DNA of 64,000 nucleotides, from positions 124,001 through 188,000 of the forward strand of contig NMRA01000529.1 in assembly GCA_002633005.1 (NCBI GenBank). The letters are read 5' to 3'. Of the stretch, positions 13,221 through 26,900 are shown in pieces (the stretch's first letter is position 1; every line of letters starts with the position of its first letter). The DNA comes from Phoronis australis (taxonomy: Eukaryota; Animalia; Phoronida). The notes beneath the pieces were generated by a model. It saw only the letters and a program-made list of their open reading frames with translations, made no database searches and was not told the origin of the DNA. Made by a program: the position numbers and the translations under genes.

Positions 13221-14199
13221 TGAATTAAGGAAGGTCCCAGAAAAACAACGCGTGCAGAAGGGTGCCATACCGTCGCTGTTGATTCCCGACATTGCCCCGT
13301 CGCCAATCCCCAGAAGGGCATCTTTGAAGCGGGAAACTGAGCGGCTGCAGTGACTGGAGGCACTTCATCTACTGTCACCTGTGCCTCCGAACGCACCCCA
13401 GCGTGCAATTCCGGGAACTAGCACTGATTCGCCCTGGGGTGTTTTCTAGTCCAGAGCCTGTGAGCAGCCCTGTAGCAATGTTCAGTTGTGGGAAGGAATA
13501 CAGGCCAGTTTCGACACCCAGTGAAGAGGAAACTTCGTTGTCCAGTGAAAGGGTCGGTGAGACAAGTTTATTCTGGACTTGTCTAATAGTCCAGGCCATT
13601 AACCCGAAAACGTTTACACCTCGGATTAAAGCACCAAATTTGGCACACTAGTAATTTTTGACACGCTGAATCTCATGGGGGTCGGTTGCCCAAATTTTGA
13701 GGTCAAGGTCAAGGTCAAATCTCGAAAAACACAATGGCCGATAAGCAACACAGTCTATGGTTGCTTGAGAGATAATAACACATTTTAAGGCTAGTTAATG
13801 GTACTTTATTCGCGAGAAATCCATTTAAAGGACATTGTAACATGTTTTCCTCATAATGTTAAGACAACTTGTGCATAAATCCAATATGGCCGCCAAACTT
13901 TAACGAACCGAACCTGTCTAAACAATTCTCAGGATAGTGCCCAGTGTTAGTTTCAATTTTTTTCTCATCACTAAGGTATTGGATGCATACTATTTCCGGG
14001 ATAAACAACGCTAGCAACACCGGGGGGTTTCCTTTTCTATGCTAAGCAGCGCCACTTTTATATGAATCATCGAGTACTGTCCGCAACATATTTCCCGCGC
14101 TTTTCCGGTAATTGAGAGTAATTTTTGCAATATGTTGTTGGTGCTGAGTTTGTTGTAAGGGTTTTAAAATAAAAAATATTAGAAGCATGTTTATTCCAG

Positions 14200-14361
14200 G
14201 TTGCTCTTTTCAATAAGCTGATAGCGCTTAATAACAGCAAAGTACTCGGCATTCTCCAGAACGATGACGATAAAAATGCATACAAGAGGAATTTCCTGAA
14301 GGTATCGGTGTATTTTGAAGATCTGAATTATGAAGAGATCAGACAATCCCCAGCTTACACG
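14200..14361 (+). CDS. DEG/ENaC gene 1 exon 10 (knuckle/palm)
   Basis: VALFNKL...RNFLKVSVYFEDLNYEEIRQSPAYT; ttccag / gtaaga. Confidence 0.95.
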
Positions 14362-15793
14362 GTAAGAAGTCAGAGGCATATGCTTAGAGTTGTAATAGTT
14401 GATCTGAATGCGGAGGTTTCTTTTTAGTCGGGATACAAAAGTGAAAGTCAACACATGATGTCTGTGCGACCTGGAGGGATGACCCAGACAGTTTCCGATT
14501 GAGACTTAGGAATTTGTGATGTAACACGCAAGATTTAAGTTTTCTTAGAAATTGAATACTCCACACACTACGACTGTCACTTTTTCGATGGCAGCATGGA
14601 GATAGTTTATAACGAAGCGTACGTGTTGATTTCTATTTGAAGTTTCTTGTGACCGTTGATTTTTGAAAATATAAGAAATGTAGCGGCCCTACTCTGCGTG
14701 TACCATCAAGACAGGCAGAAACTAGAGACAGTTTGAGTCTTCCCACATATCCTAAACATAGGCGGATATAAGGGGAAGGGGGGCTGCCCTCGCCCTTTGG
14801 CTGCCGCCAAAAATAAAACAGGATAACAGCAAGAGCGTGAGGATATATTGAGGTTATTATGTAACCCTGGTAGTGACGAAGCGGCTGGAACAAGGTGTGG
14901 TAGCATTTACGCAAAGAGGTCCACATTGTCAGACGTCTAAGTCCTCCTGCATTTCAGGCTGGGTGCGCGCATGCAGTCGTGCTTTTGGCGATTGCCCGAG
15001 ACAAAGTGTTGCCCTCCGCCCGTATGGTATCGTACATGTAGATCCGCTACTGCTAAAATAAGTATGGCTTACGTAACTATTTTTAAAAGCCTGCAGGTCA
15101 TGTACCTGTCCCATGAAACGTGAACCGAGGAGCTAGATTAAGCAGGTTTGACGGGTCTGAGTGAGTATTCAGTCACATAATTACGAAATTACTTAATTAA
15201 ACTTGGAGAAAGTAAACACTTAGTGAACGTGAAAATCCTGCTGAATTAGAATTTTACTTTACTTTAGTCTGACATTAATTACATGTAGATAACGTGACCT
15301 TGTGTTTTCTTGCGAAAAAAATATCTGTGACATAACCGAGGCTTCGTTACATTTAAACGTGCCGAAAAAAATCTCACAAAAAACGTTAAGTTTTGTAAAT
15401 TATACGTAATTTTTCATGAAATTCCAAAGTAAAATTCACAGTATTTAACAAACCCATGCTTTTGTTTAATATTTTTAGAAGGTTTACCATGCTACTGAGA
15501 ATAAGGGATTTAGAACTCTACAATAAGTGAAAATTCTACTGAATTTGACTTCAGCCAATGACATTTTCCAAAATTAGTAAAATTTGAGATTTTTCTAGTC
15601 AGTAATTTGGTGTTACAGCACTAAAATGAAACTATTTGCTCAACCCAGTTTAGCAATAACAAATGCATCAGATTACTTTGAAAGTTTATTTATGTTTTCC
15701 GAAGCTTTGCACCTTACTTAATTGAGACTACATTATGACTGACACATTACATGTACATTATGTACGTTTTTTTTTTCAAATATCTCGTTTTAG

Positions 15794-15958
15794 GTGAGTT
15801 CTTTGATATCAGATCTTGGAGGTTCCGTTGGCTTATGGATAGGATGGAGCGTCATAACTATCATAGAACTGCTAGAATTTGTGTCTGACGTCATCGTCTT
15901 CAGTTGCAGAAAAAAGTCAAAACGAATGACAGTAATCAATGTGGTGACATCGCTATGA
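15794..15958 (+). CDS. DEG/ENaC gene 1 exon 11 (TM2 and C-tail)
   Basis: VSSLISDLGGSVGLWIGWSVITIIELLEF...VVTSL*; ttttag acceptor. Confidence 0.96.
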   Translation: MSSLISDLGGSVGLWIGWSVITIIELLEFVSDVIVFSCRKKSKRMTVINVVTSL

Positions 15959-18007
15959 AGACTGTTGCCTAGCACCATATACATGTACATGTAGCCTGGC
16001 ATGTAGTCGCTTGAATCGCTTGTCGGTGTTGCCGATTAGCGGCTCGCTGATATTTACACCAGCGTTCTGTCAGACATTGGATAGGAGATTATTAATCATA
16101 AAACTTTCTTGTAAGCATACTCTTATACATGTAAAACGACTAGTCATGGTTGACACACCATGGAGGGAGAGGGCTATTACTTCGCAAAATAAATTTAGCC
16201 AAGTACGTTGCTTTACCATCAAGTTTGTTTTTACTTGGCGAAATAAATTGCGCCAAGTATGTTGCTGTCACTAAGTTTTTTGTTTTTTGGCAAGATACAA
16301 AGCGCAATTTCCGTCCGATCATCACAAAATTTACACATAACGTGTACTTTTAGAAGTCCTGGAAAGCTATCGTTTTTTTCATAATAGAATCCAATATGAC
16401 GGGTATGGCGGCCATTTTGTTTTCATTTTAAGATTCAAAAGCTCTTGGGGGCTATATTTTTTTACGTGCACGGTTGAAAATCGGCATCATCATTGGACCA
16501 GACATGCGCTACAACTATGCTGGAAATTGTTTATTTCCTTTAAGAGATGGGCGAAATATCTGCAATGGCGCATGCCCACCTCGATTTCGGGAAAAACATT
16601 TTCTCCTGTACAAGCCGCATTGTAGCACCAATTGCTTCGAAAATTTTCAGGTGTGTGTTTTTTATTATGAACTATTATACAATGCTAAAAACGAGAAGTT
16701 GCTTTCAAGATGGCTGATCTGGTGCATGTTGACCCATTTTCAGTCGTGCTGGGATTCAATACCATATACACTCATGCCCAAGATTATATTTATACATCAT
16801 CGAGAGATGGGTCTCAACCTTGTTTTAATAAGTTTAGATTTATACTTTTTGACGCAGTTATCTTCATTGCATTTAATGACTCGGATAAAACTTCAGAAAG
16901 GTGGAGTGTTTTCCAGGCATCTCTTTAAAATGATTCATACATTATATGGTTTTATTTTTAACCACTTCTGTTGTATTATAAGAAAATCGACATAAGACAA
17001 CTTAATTAAACCGTGTGAATGTGAGTGTGAATGAGTTTAAGAAAGTCCTTCCCCTTCCGGTTTCCCTCCCCTTTTATATTATTATCGGCCCAATCATTAG
17101 GAGTTATTTTCCACATACGTATTTGTTGTATTAATATGATGTATTATACTCCAGTAAGTTGTAAAGATATGTAGTTGGAAGTACCCAACCCTAGCTGTAT
17201 CTACTGTTCACCAATGATATGCGTTCTAGGTAAATAAATGTATTGAAAAAAAGTACTGCGCCGCCCATGCTAGTCTACTGGGCTTTGTGATTTCTACTGA
17301 CGTTTACCTTTGAATGACACTTGCCTCCTGCAGGTAAAATTAAGAGACAAGTTTATACAGCTATCCACCCACAGGCGTCAAGGTATGACACTCCCGACTA
17401 GAAATTCCACGGGTGCTTCACTTCAGCCCTCCATAGCTAACATAAAACTCAAAAAACATTTGCACAAAACAAGGTTTCAACAAACCATTGGCAATTGTTC
17501 TTTCTTCTAATACTATTCACCGTGTCCTGTTCCGGCGACTTCGTAAGACATTCGCAGTCAAAGAACAAAAATGTTCACAAAAAACCCACACACACTTCCA
17601 TCTTGGACGGCTCGAGGTCAAGGACGGTACGGAAATTACCGATGAATTACGAATGGACGGTGTTATCGACATCGTGACTTTACGCGACAAACTGGAAATG
17701 TCCGTACCCCCTAAAATTCTCCCAGATTCCATGTGGCAGTTGGGAACTGCGAATGTCTGACGGGCAAAATTCTGGCTAATACTCTGCTGTGGCCCCCTAA
17801 CTCAAAATCCTAGATCCGCCCCTGTAAAGTGTCTGGTTTAATGATTAGTTCTAAGTTTTTATGATTTTGATACCATATATCAGTTTTTGATTGCAAGTTC
17901 AATCTATGAATAGGATATTGTAGTATTCATACAATGCACATTGAACATGCAATCAAAGACCTTATACACATGTAGGGTTGCAGTTGCATTTAATTATGTC
18001 TCAGTCG

Positions 18008-20240
18008 TGGGATATTACTTCATCTTTGCCGCTCTTGGTAGGTTTTGTCTGTACACNACAAACAAACAAACAAACAAACAAACAAACAAACAGATATTTA
18101 CGTTTTGTATTTATCCCGTGCGCTTCGAATTCCTAAGTTTCTTTCATTTTTTCGAAAGATTAGATAAATACTTCACTCAGACTGTTCACATGGCCGATGA
18201 TATCCTGTATGTATGTACTTGCCCGTTAGGTTGCAAGTTTTCTCTTATGAAAGAAACAGTTTTAAAAATAACGATTTATTTCTGGGAAAGAGAAAATAAA
18301 GACGAAAATAATGGTAACTGTGCAGTGAACTTGTAACATCCCTGGAAATAGTTAAATAACAAGAATATTTGATATTGTAGTTCCGAGGAATTGGCGCCTG
18401 AGTTGCATACGGTATAGTATTCAGCAATTGAAAAGCGAGACAGAAGTGTCATATGATTAACAGTTATGTTCCAGCTGTTACATGCAAGTTGAGAGCATGG
18501 TTGCATGTCGAGTGTTACATGTAGTTACACTGATGCGACGGTATTACTTCAAACTACATTCGGAAAGTTTGATGGTCGATCGGCTAAAGACGTCCATTCG
18601 ACATTGACCTACCTTTTGAACTTTCCATGTCAGAGGTCACTGTTAAAGTAGTGGGGAAGGTGAATACAGAAAACATTATTACATGGCCGTATTGCACTCT
18701 ACATATCTAATGCGGATGAGATAAATATATGGATGTGTGTTAATATCGTCATAGTTTCACCTGACAGTTACCCGTGTTATATTTCATTTATCATTTCTGA
18801 TGGGAATTTCACTCTGAACTAGCAGTGAATACTAGCCAGAAGATGAGATTTATATCTCGAAATATCGCTTTGTAAATTATGTTACCTGCTGATGTCGATT
18901 AGATTTTCATCGTACTGTTCTGATATCAATACAAAATCTCTATTTAGAGAGTTTAAAAGAACCAAAATTAAACTCCTAAAAGAGATCAGTCGTGTCTCCA
19001 ATGAAATATGCATACGAAAAAGATTACTGCCAAATTATAGTGATATACACGTGTATTTAGATATATATGTGTACGTGTACATGTACATTCAACTTTGTTT
19101 TTGACGTATTTCACTAATTGTTATGCAAGTTAATAAACAATTGTCTCAAACATCAAACCTTACAGACCAGTCAATGTTAAGACATACATGTAAGCTGCCG
19201 AACATGCCCAGGGAACACTCAATTTTCACTCGCGTTATTATTCGAGATCTTGCTTTTCTTGCAAGAAACTTGATTTAAGGAAGTCTCCTGGTGCCAATAA
19301 GGGAGATATGCTCACATTTTCTTCGTCACCCACTTGGTTTAGGAGCCTTCGTACGCTGGTGCACACTCACGATGAGGCATGGGAAACAATGCATTAATAG
19401 AAGTACTTGTACAGTAGCCAGGCGGACATTTAGGTTGTCATACCCATGTGATCAATGAAATAAGGTTGTATTGAACGCAATCCATTTCCCAGTGGTCGAA
19501 TTACCAGGAAATCAATCTAGCATTGTAATTTGGGTGTATAAAGTTTACCCGCCGTGACAAGCTATTGTAATGAGAGCTGCTTGACGCAATAAGAGCGATA
19601 AGTTCCTCTGAAGCCAAGAAATCATTTCAAGGAACAAAGTGAGACCAATTTTAGGACTCTGCGTGAAAAGTTGACGTTTGTTTGAAAGTTGGACGGACCC
19701 CCCACATGTGTATTTAGTTGGGCAAGTGGACACCGTACTGAGGAAATGCAAGATGCATGGGAATACCCGTAGCTACCCGGGCGTAAAGCTGAGGTATAGG
19801 ATTGGGGAATAAGAGCAGTTGGTGACCCATGACGTACGATGAAGAAGGGATGGTGTAAAAGCCAACCCCCGCCGTTGTGAAATCACTTATTCGTGCATTG
19901 GTGTTTTCTTTGTTGCGTGTTTGCAAGAAGGGCCTAGCACGTACTTTAGCTGGGGCCAACGATACACTAGTCGCGTTTTACACTTGATACCTTCGAAGTT
20001 GACCCTGGAGATTGCTCCAAAAGTTATCCAGATTAGTAAACAGACTTTGAACAACACTACCAGTTTTTGAAAGGTTCGTGATGAAGGTTTGAGGGTGATT
20101 TTTGGCAACAGACAAATACATGTTGCCTTAGAATATCTTACGGGGAAAGTTCATGTCGGACGTCGGGCGAATGCAGCAGAATTGATAAACTATAATATTC
20201 ATCAAAATATAAACGCTCAAACATAGATGGCGGCAATATT
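18008..20240. mobile_element. Unclassified interspersed repeat, copy 1 (interrupted by ~1.4 kb of insertions)
   Basis: 18097-18310 and 19710-20240 align colinearly with 27787-28560. Confidence 0.7.
18830..19060 (+). mobile_element. Penelope-like element fragment: hammerhead-like motif followed by ORF N-terminus
   Basis: CAGAAGA-TGAGAT-ttat-ATCTC-GAAA at 18837-18862, then FREFKRTKIKLLKE...NEICIRKRLLPNYSDI, resembling PLE N-termini, ending in TA-rich sequence. Confidence 0.6.
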
Positions 20241-20640
20241 CACCCCCTTACGAAAATGAACTTAAGTTTTCATCGAAAAACTTAAGTTTTCATTCACGAA
20301 AAGTTAAGTATTTTGGAACAAGTTTTTTTTGGAACGAACTTAAGTTTTCATAACTTAAGTTTTCAAAAACTTAAGTTTTTCAAAACCTTAGGTTCTAAAA
20401 ACTTAATTTTTTCAAAAACTTAAGTTCCGAAAAACTTGTTCCAAAATACTTAGGTTTTTGGAAACCTTAAGTTTCATAAACTTAAGTTATTTAAAAAGTT
20501 AAGTTTTGGAACAAGTTTTTAGTAACAAACATGAGTCATCAAAACTAAGTATTCAGAACATAAATTTTCAAGGAACTAACTATTGAAAACTGAAGTTTTC
20601 CAAAAGCAATAAGTTTCAATGAGACAAGTATTTAAAAATT
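20241..20640. repeat. Array of palindromic AACTTAAGTT(TT) motifs behind a CAC terminus; possible CACTA/EnSpm subterminal region
   Basis: More than 12 copies of aacttaag-like motif in both orientations; begins CACCCCCTTACG; matching second end not found. Confidence 0.6.
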
Positions 20641-20936
20641 TCGATTTTCACTAAAACAAGAGTGGAGTACAGTAACAAATTTAATGATTCTCATACAAGA
20701 TTTAACAAACTAGAGTTCTATCAACATTTCCTTAACAGTGATTAATTGCAGAAAAAAATGCACAACATTTAAAAAATCAGTTCCAAGTGTCAAGCATACA
20801 ATGTAGTGAAAACTAAATGAGGCTAATAATTTATTCATATTTGCATCGTTCTCAATATGCGATGACTGAGGCATCAAAATGGAATGTACAAACAGAGAAA
20901 TCACTACCAAATCATGAAACACAACCAAAGAAAATG

Positions 20937-23900
20937 TGATTGCATAGCTAGGAAGGACTACAATAAAAGTCTACGTTTCAACAGCACAGACGTTTTGAAC
21001 TAAAATTACAGCGATGACACCATGAATAACAAGTCACTTAATATGCAAAATCGAAGAATATCCGCAGAGACAAGAGCATAACATAAAACGGAACGTGTAA
21101 TTAAAAGTTTATCGACAATGGCCACAGGTCTGATTTTGGGAATACAATCCTTATGCTAGAAATAGTGCCTAGAATCACCTATAATTGTTTTGAACCTTAA
21201 AAATATCAATTTAAAAGTCAAAGTTTCGTTTTGTTGACAATCATAATAACAGTAAATCCAATACACTCCTTGGTGCGAACAAGTTTCACTGAGGTAACCC
21301 TGGTTATACGAGATGGAAATTAGAAAAATTAGACCTTTGACCACAAAAATATTCGTTTTCCTTTAATTTAAAGCTACTGAACTTCATACACATATCTACA
21401 GGGCCCTTCATATTAACATCGACGCGTCAATGTTTTTTGGGAGTTACTGTCAGTATGAACGCTTAAACTTTGGTCCTGGATGGAAGTTAACAGCTCCAGT
21501 TAATTTCGCACTAAACAGGTGGATTTTAGTGCCTAACGTCAACGCTGCGATGCAGTATCAACGATCAACTTCGGTCCTATCGAAGTTATTGCCAGGGGCC
21601 ACTGTTATCATTAACAATTGCATAGAAGTGTGATGGCTAATAGTTGCTTATACCTTGCTCTAATAGTCACCAATCGATTTAAAAATAAGTTTTATGTCAA
21701 TTAACACATGAACATCTTCCCAAATTGTCACATCTTAGCATGCAGTGCTACCTTACGATACCTTCGATCCCGACACCTACTGTTTACTTGGAAGTTTGTT
21801 AACTACCGAAGCCAGAATGAACAGTCCAGTTAACTTTGCAGTATACGTCAACGCTCCGCTCATACAAGAGTTAAGTCAATGTGAAAGGGCCCTATGCTAG
21901 ACCAGAAGCCACTTAATCTTCTTTAGCTGGATCTGCTCGCTTAGCTTCAAAGGCAAATAATCCATGTTTTGTGACTACTATCGTGCTATTTATACAACAC
22001 TGATTTGTAAAACATACTGACTTATATACAGAGCCTAGGTAGAAAATAGTCTTCAAACTCAAAACTTAACCAATCACTCTCCAGGATTCAAATGCAAGAC
22101 TAGTCTGCAAGTTTACTCCAAGCATGCACTGTAGTGGGTCAGTTTTCCACTTACTGTTTTGAATGAAGTTTTAATCCTGGATTCACGACATTCAAAACAA
22201 TTTTATTCTACACAAATTGAATACAAAACATGCACATGGTCACCTACAATGCTATCACAATCTAGAATAAACCGTGCATATGACAAAACTTAACGTTTTA
22301 ATAAAAGTTGTACTTCAGGCTAACCAGGTAACGTGTTCTGTAACTTTTTATTTCAAGTTCTGTGACAAATTGATTAATATTTTTATCAGATGATGAAACT
22401 ATAGGCAACTGCAACAAACTACAATTCCCATTATTTGTATGAACTTTTCATCATTTAATTCGTTAATCTAAGACAATGCACAACTCTACATAATGAGCAG
22501 AGCTAGTTGTATTCTAACTGGCTGTATCCAGCATAGAACAATAGAACTGAAATGTCGTCTTACTAATGTTTCATGGACATTCAACAGGCACAACCAGGGT
22601 TAGAACTGAAAGTTTAATCTCACATGTACACGTATACTTCCGCGTGTACTTTTCGAAACTTATAGCAAAACCGAGAAGCTTTACATCGACTTGACCAAAT
22701 GGCTACAAGAATCCGTGAGTTTGTTAAAGATTATAAGCCCATTGGCTAAACAAAGGACATATTTCATATTGTTACAAATTTAAAGCCTGATAGCAGCACT
22801 ATTTTCAACTCAACAATGAAACATATGAAGCTTTACCTGCCATGTGGATGTACAAAGCCCAATACCACCCATGGATGATTGTTTCGATGCAAATGTTTGG
22901 ATGTCTAGTTCTTCCAAGTACTCTGCCAAGTTAATAGAGACCTGAAAACAATGAGATATTAGCAAACACAACAGCATGTGATAGCTTCGTAAGAATCCAG
23001 TCATAACCCATTTACAGGGGATGTTATCCATGTAAAAATCCAGGGAGTTCGGGCGGATCCAGCATTTTGAGTTGGGGATTTAGGACAGAGTATTAGATAG
23101 GGTTTTGCCCATCAGACATTCACCCCCTGCCCCCCAACTGCCAAATGATCTTGTAGCGTTTTAGGGGGGCCAGTCCATGGCCCCTTAGCGCCCTCTGAAT
23201 CCACCATTGAAGATACGGGCATAGTCTTCACGAGGGGTCTTACGTAACCATAATAGAGTACCGTAAAAATAATATTATTACCTCGTATACAGTAAACATA
23301 AAAACACTATATCCTGTACTCCTACCAATCACTTTACTGTCTGACATTTGCAAACATATTAAATTGAGGTTCCAAGCAAGTTCTTGAGGGAAAATAATAT
23401 GCTCCTATATACATGGGGCGATCATTCTAGTCAGTCAATATTCAACTCAATGAACTCCTAGGTAAAGTTGTACCCAGATTAACTATCACTTTCACCATCA
23501 CATTGAAATATTTGACGTCAATGGTTCATATGCAGAGTGAATGCCGCTATGTTGCTGTGCATCAACATCGTTCCCCGCTTGTCCGAACTAAGCAGCTGCA
23601 AGACTGGTCTGGTCACTCACAAATTTACCTATCGTGGCTAGTACAAGCCCATACTCTGCCATTGGGCTTGATTTATGCGGTACTTTACAGTATCTCAGAT
23701 GTTCTGGCGTGTTTTAGCATGTCTGACTAGAGCCACAAAGCTTTGGTGATGGCACTTGTTTGAAGAAAATTCTGTAAACGAGCAGAATTGGCATTTGTTT
23801 TGCATTTTGTCTTTAAGAACAAAAAACAGTTTTTACAATTAACATTTCATGAAAGTTCAATCTCCAAAGGGATTCATTTCCATTAAATTGATCTGAACTT

Positions 23901-26900
23901 GTCAAATGATAATGTAAAAAACAAAAGGGAACATGAACAATTTTTATAAATCCTCAAACCTAATGTCGACTGACTCACTGAACGAAAGTAATATATCCAG
24001 AGATAACTTGAAAGACTTTACACTTGACAGTTTTACAAGACAATTTTCACTAAATCGGAAGTTGAGGCAAGATGTTTTTGGTCAGTCATCACGATTTACT
24101 CCTTAGCTGTACATGTANTGATTGCATAGCTAGGAAGGACTACAATAAAAGTCTACGTTTCAACAGCACAGACGTTTTGAACTAAAATTACAGCGATGAC
24201 ACCATGAATAACAAGTCACTTAATATGCAAAATCGAAGAATATCCGCAGAGACAAGAGCATAACATAAAACGGAACGTGTAATTAAAAGTTTATCGACAA
24301 TGGCCACAGGTCTGATTTTGGGAATACAATCCTTATGCTAGAAATAGTGCCTAGAATCACCTATAATTGTTTTGAACCTTAAAAATATCAATTTAAAAGT
24401 CAAAGTTTCGTTTTGTTGACAATCATAATAACAGTAAATCCAATACACTCCTTGGTGCGAACAAGTTTCACTGAGGTAACCCTGGTTATACGAGATGGAA
24501 ATTAGAAAAATTAGACCTTTGACCACAAAAATATTCGTTTTCCTTTAATTTAAAGCTACTGAACTTCATACACATATCTACAGGGCCCTTCATATTAACA
24601 TCGACGCGTCAATGTTTTTTGGGAGTTACTGTCAGTATGAACGCTTAAACTTTGGTCCTGGATGGAAGTTAACAGCTCCAGTTAATTTCGCACTAAACAG
24701 GTGGATTTTAGTGCCTAACGTCAACGCTGCGATGCAGTATCAACGATCAACTTCGGTCCTATCGAAGTTATTGCCAGGGGCCACTGTTATCATTAACAAT
24801 TGCATAGAAGTGTGATGGCTAATAGTTGCTTATACCTTGCTCTAATAGTCACCAATCGATTTAAAAATAAGTTTTATGTCAATTAACACATGAACATCTT
24901 CCCAAATTGTCACATCTTAGCATGCAGTGCTACCTTACGATACCTTCGATCCCGACACCTACTGTTTACTTGGAAGTTTGTTAACTACCGAAGCCAGAAT
25001 GAACAGTCCAGTTAACTTTGCAGTATACGTCAACGCTCCGCTCATACAAGAGTTAAGTCAATGTGAAAGGGCCCTATGCTAGACCAGAAGCCACTTAATC
25101 TTCTTTAGCTGGATCTGCTCGCTTAGCTTCAAAGGCAAATAATCCATGTTTTGTGACTACTATCGTGCTATTTATACAACACTGATTTGTAAAACATACT
25201 GACTTATATACAGAGCCTAGGTAGAAAATAGTCTTCAAACTCAAAACTTAACCAATCACTCTCCAGGATTCAAATGCAAGACTAGTCTGCAAGTTTACTC
25301 CAAGCATGCACTGTAGTGGGTCAGTTTTCCACTTACTGTTTTGAATGAAGTTTTAATCCTGGATTCACGACATTCAAAACAATTTTATTCTACACAAATT
25401 GAATACAAAACATGCACATGGTCACCTACAATGCTATCACAATCTAGAATAAACCGTGCATATGACAAAACTTAACGTTTTAATAAAAGTTGTACTTCAG
25501 GCTAACCAGGTAACGTGTTCTGTAACTTTTTATTTCAAGTTCTGTGACAAATTGATTAATATTTTTATCAGATGATGAAACTATAGGCAACTGCAACAAA
25601 CTACAATTCCCATTATTTGTATGAACTTTTCATCATTTAATTCGTTAATCTAAGACAATGCACAACTCTACATAATGAGCAGAGCTAGTTGTATTCTAAC
25701 TGGCTGTATCCAGCATAGAACTATAGAACTGAAATGTCTTCTTACTAATGTTTCATGGACATTCAACAGGCACAACCAGGGTTAGAACTGAAAGTTTAAT
25801 CTCACATGTACAGGCTTCCGCGTGTACTTTTCGAAACTTATAGCAAAACCGAGACGCTTTACATCGACTAGACCAAATGGCTACAAGAATCCGTGAGTTT
25901 GTTAAAGATTATAAGCCCATTGGCTAAACCAAGGACATATTTCATATTGTTTCAAATTTAAACCCTGATAGCAGCACTATTTTCAACTCAACAATGAAAC
26001 ATATGAAGCTTTACCTGCCATGTGGATGTACAAAGCCCAATATCACCCATGGATGATTGTTTCGATGCAAATGTTTGGATGTCTAGTTCTTCCAAGTACT
26101 CTGCCAAGTTAATAGAGACCTGAAAACAATGAGATATTAGCAAACACAACAGCATGTGATAGCTTCTTAAGAATCCAGTCATAACCCATTTACAGGGAAT
26201 GTTATCCATGTAAAGATCCAGGAAGGTCGGGCGGATCCAGGATTTTGAGTTGGGAGTTAGGAAAGAATATTAGATAGGGTTTTGCCCATCAGACATTCAC
26301 CCCTTGCCCCCCAACTGCCAAATGACCTTGTAGCGTTTTAGGGGGGCCGGTCCATGGCCCCTTAGCCGCCCTCTGAATCCACCATTGAAGATACTGGCAT
26401 AGTCTTCACGAGGGGTCTTACGTAACCATAATAGAGCACAGTAAAAATAAAATTATTACCTCATATACAGTAAACATAAAAACACTATATCATGTACTCC
26501 TACCAATCACTTTACTGTCTGACATTTGCAAACATATTAAATTGAGGTTCCAAGCAAGTTCTTGAGGGAAAGGAATATGCTCCTACATACATGGGGCGAT
26601 CATTCTAGTCAGTCAATATTCAACTCAATGAACTCCTAGGTAAAGTTGTACCCAGATTAACTATCACTTTCACCATCACACTGAAATATTTGCCGTCAAT
26701 GGTTCATATGCAGAGTGAATGCCGCTATGTTGCTGTGCATCAACATCGTTCCCGCTTGTCCGAACTAAGCAGCTGCAAGACTGGTCTGGTCACTCACAAA
26801 TTTACCTATCGTGGCTAGTACAAGCCCATACTCTGCCACTGAGCTTGATTTATGCGGGTCTTTACAGTATCTCAGATGTTCTGGCGTGTTTTAGCATGTC

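Larger units (their letters stand above)
185..15958 (+). other. DEG/ENaC channel gene 1, whole locus (11 coding exons, 1530 nt CDS, 509 aa)
   Basis: All introns GT-AG with consistent phases; family motifs FPAVTVCN, GHQ, YGNCYSFN, G-L-x-L-x-L-N-I-EQ-x-EY, Cys-rich thumb, V-YFE-LNY, SDLGG-x-x-GLWIG-x-S. Confidence 0.95.

Noticed and set aside
16474-16995. 173-aa ORF downstream of gene 1
   Set aside because: Non-ATG start, composition typical of a non-coding repeat, no domain recognised
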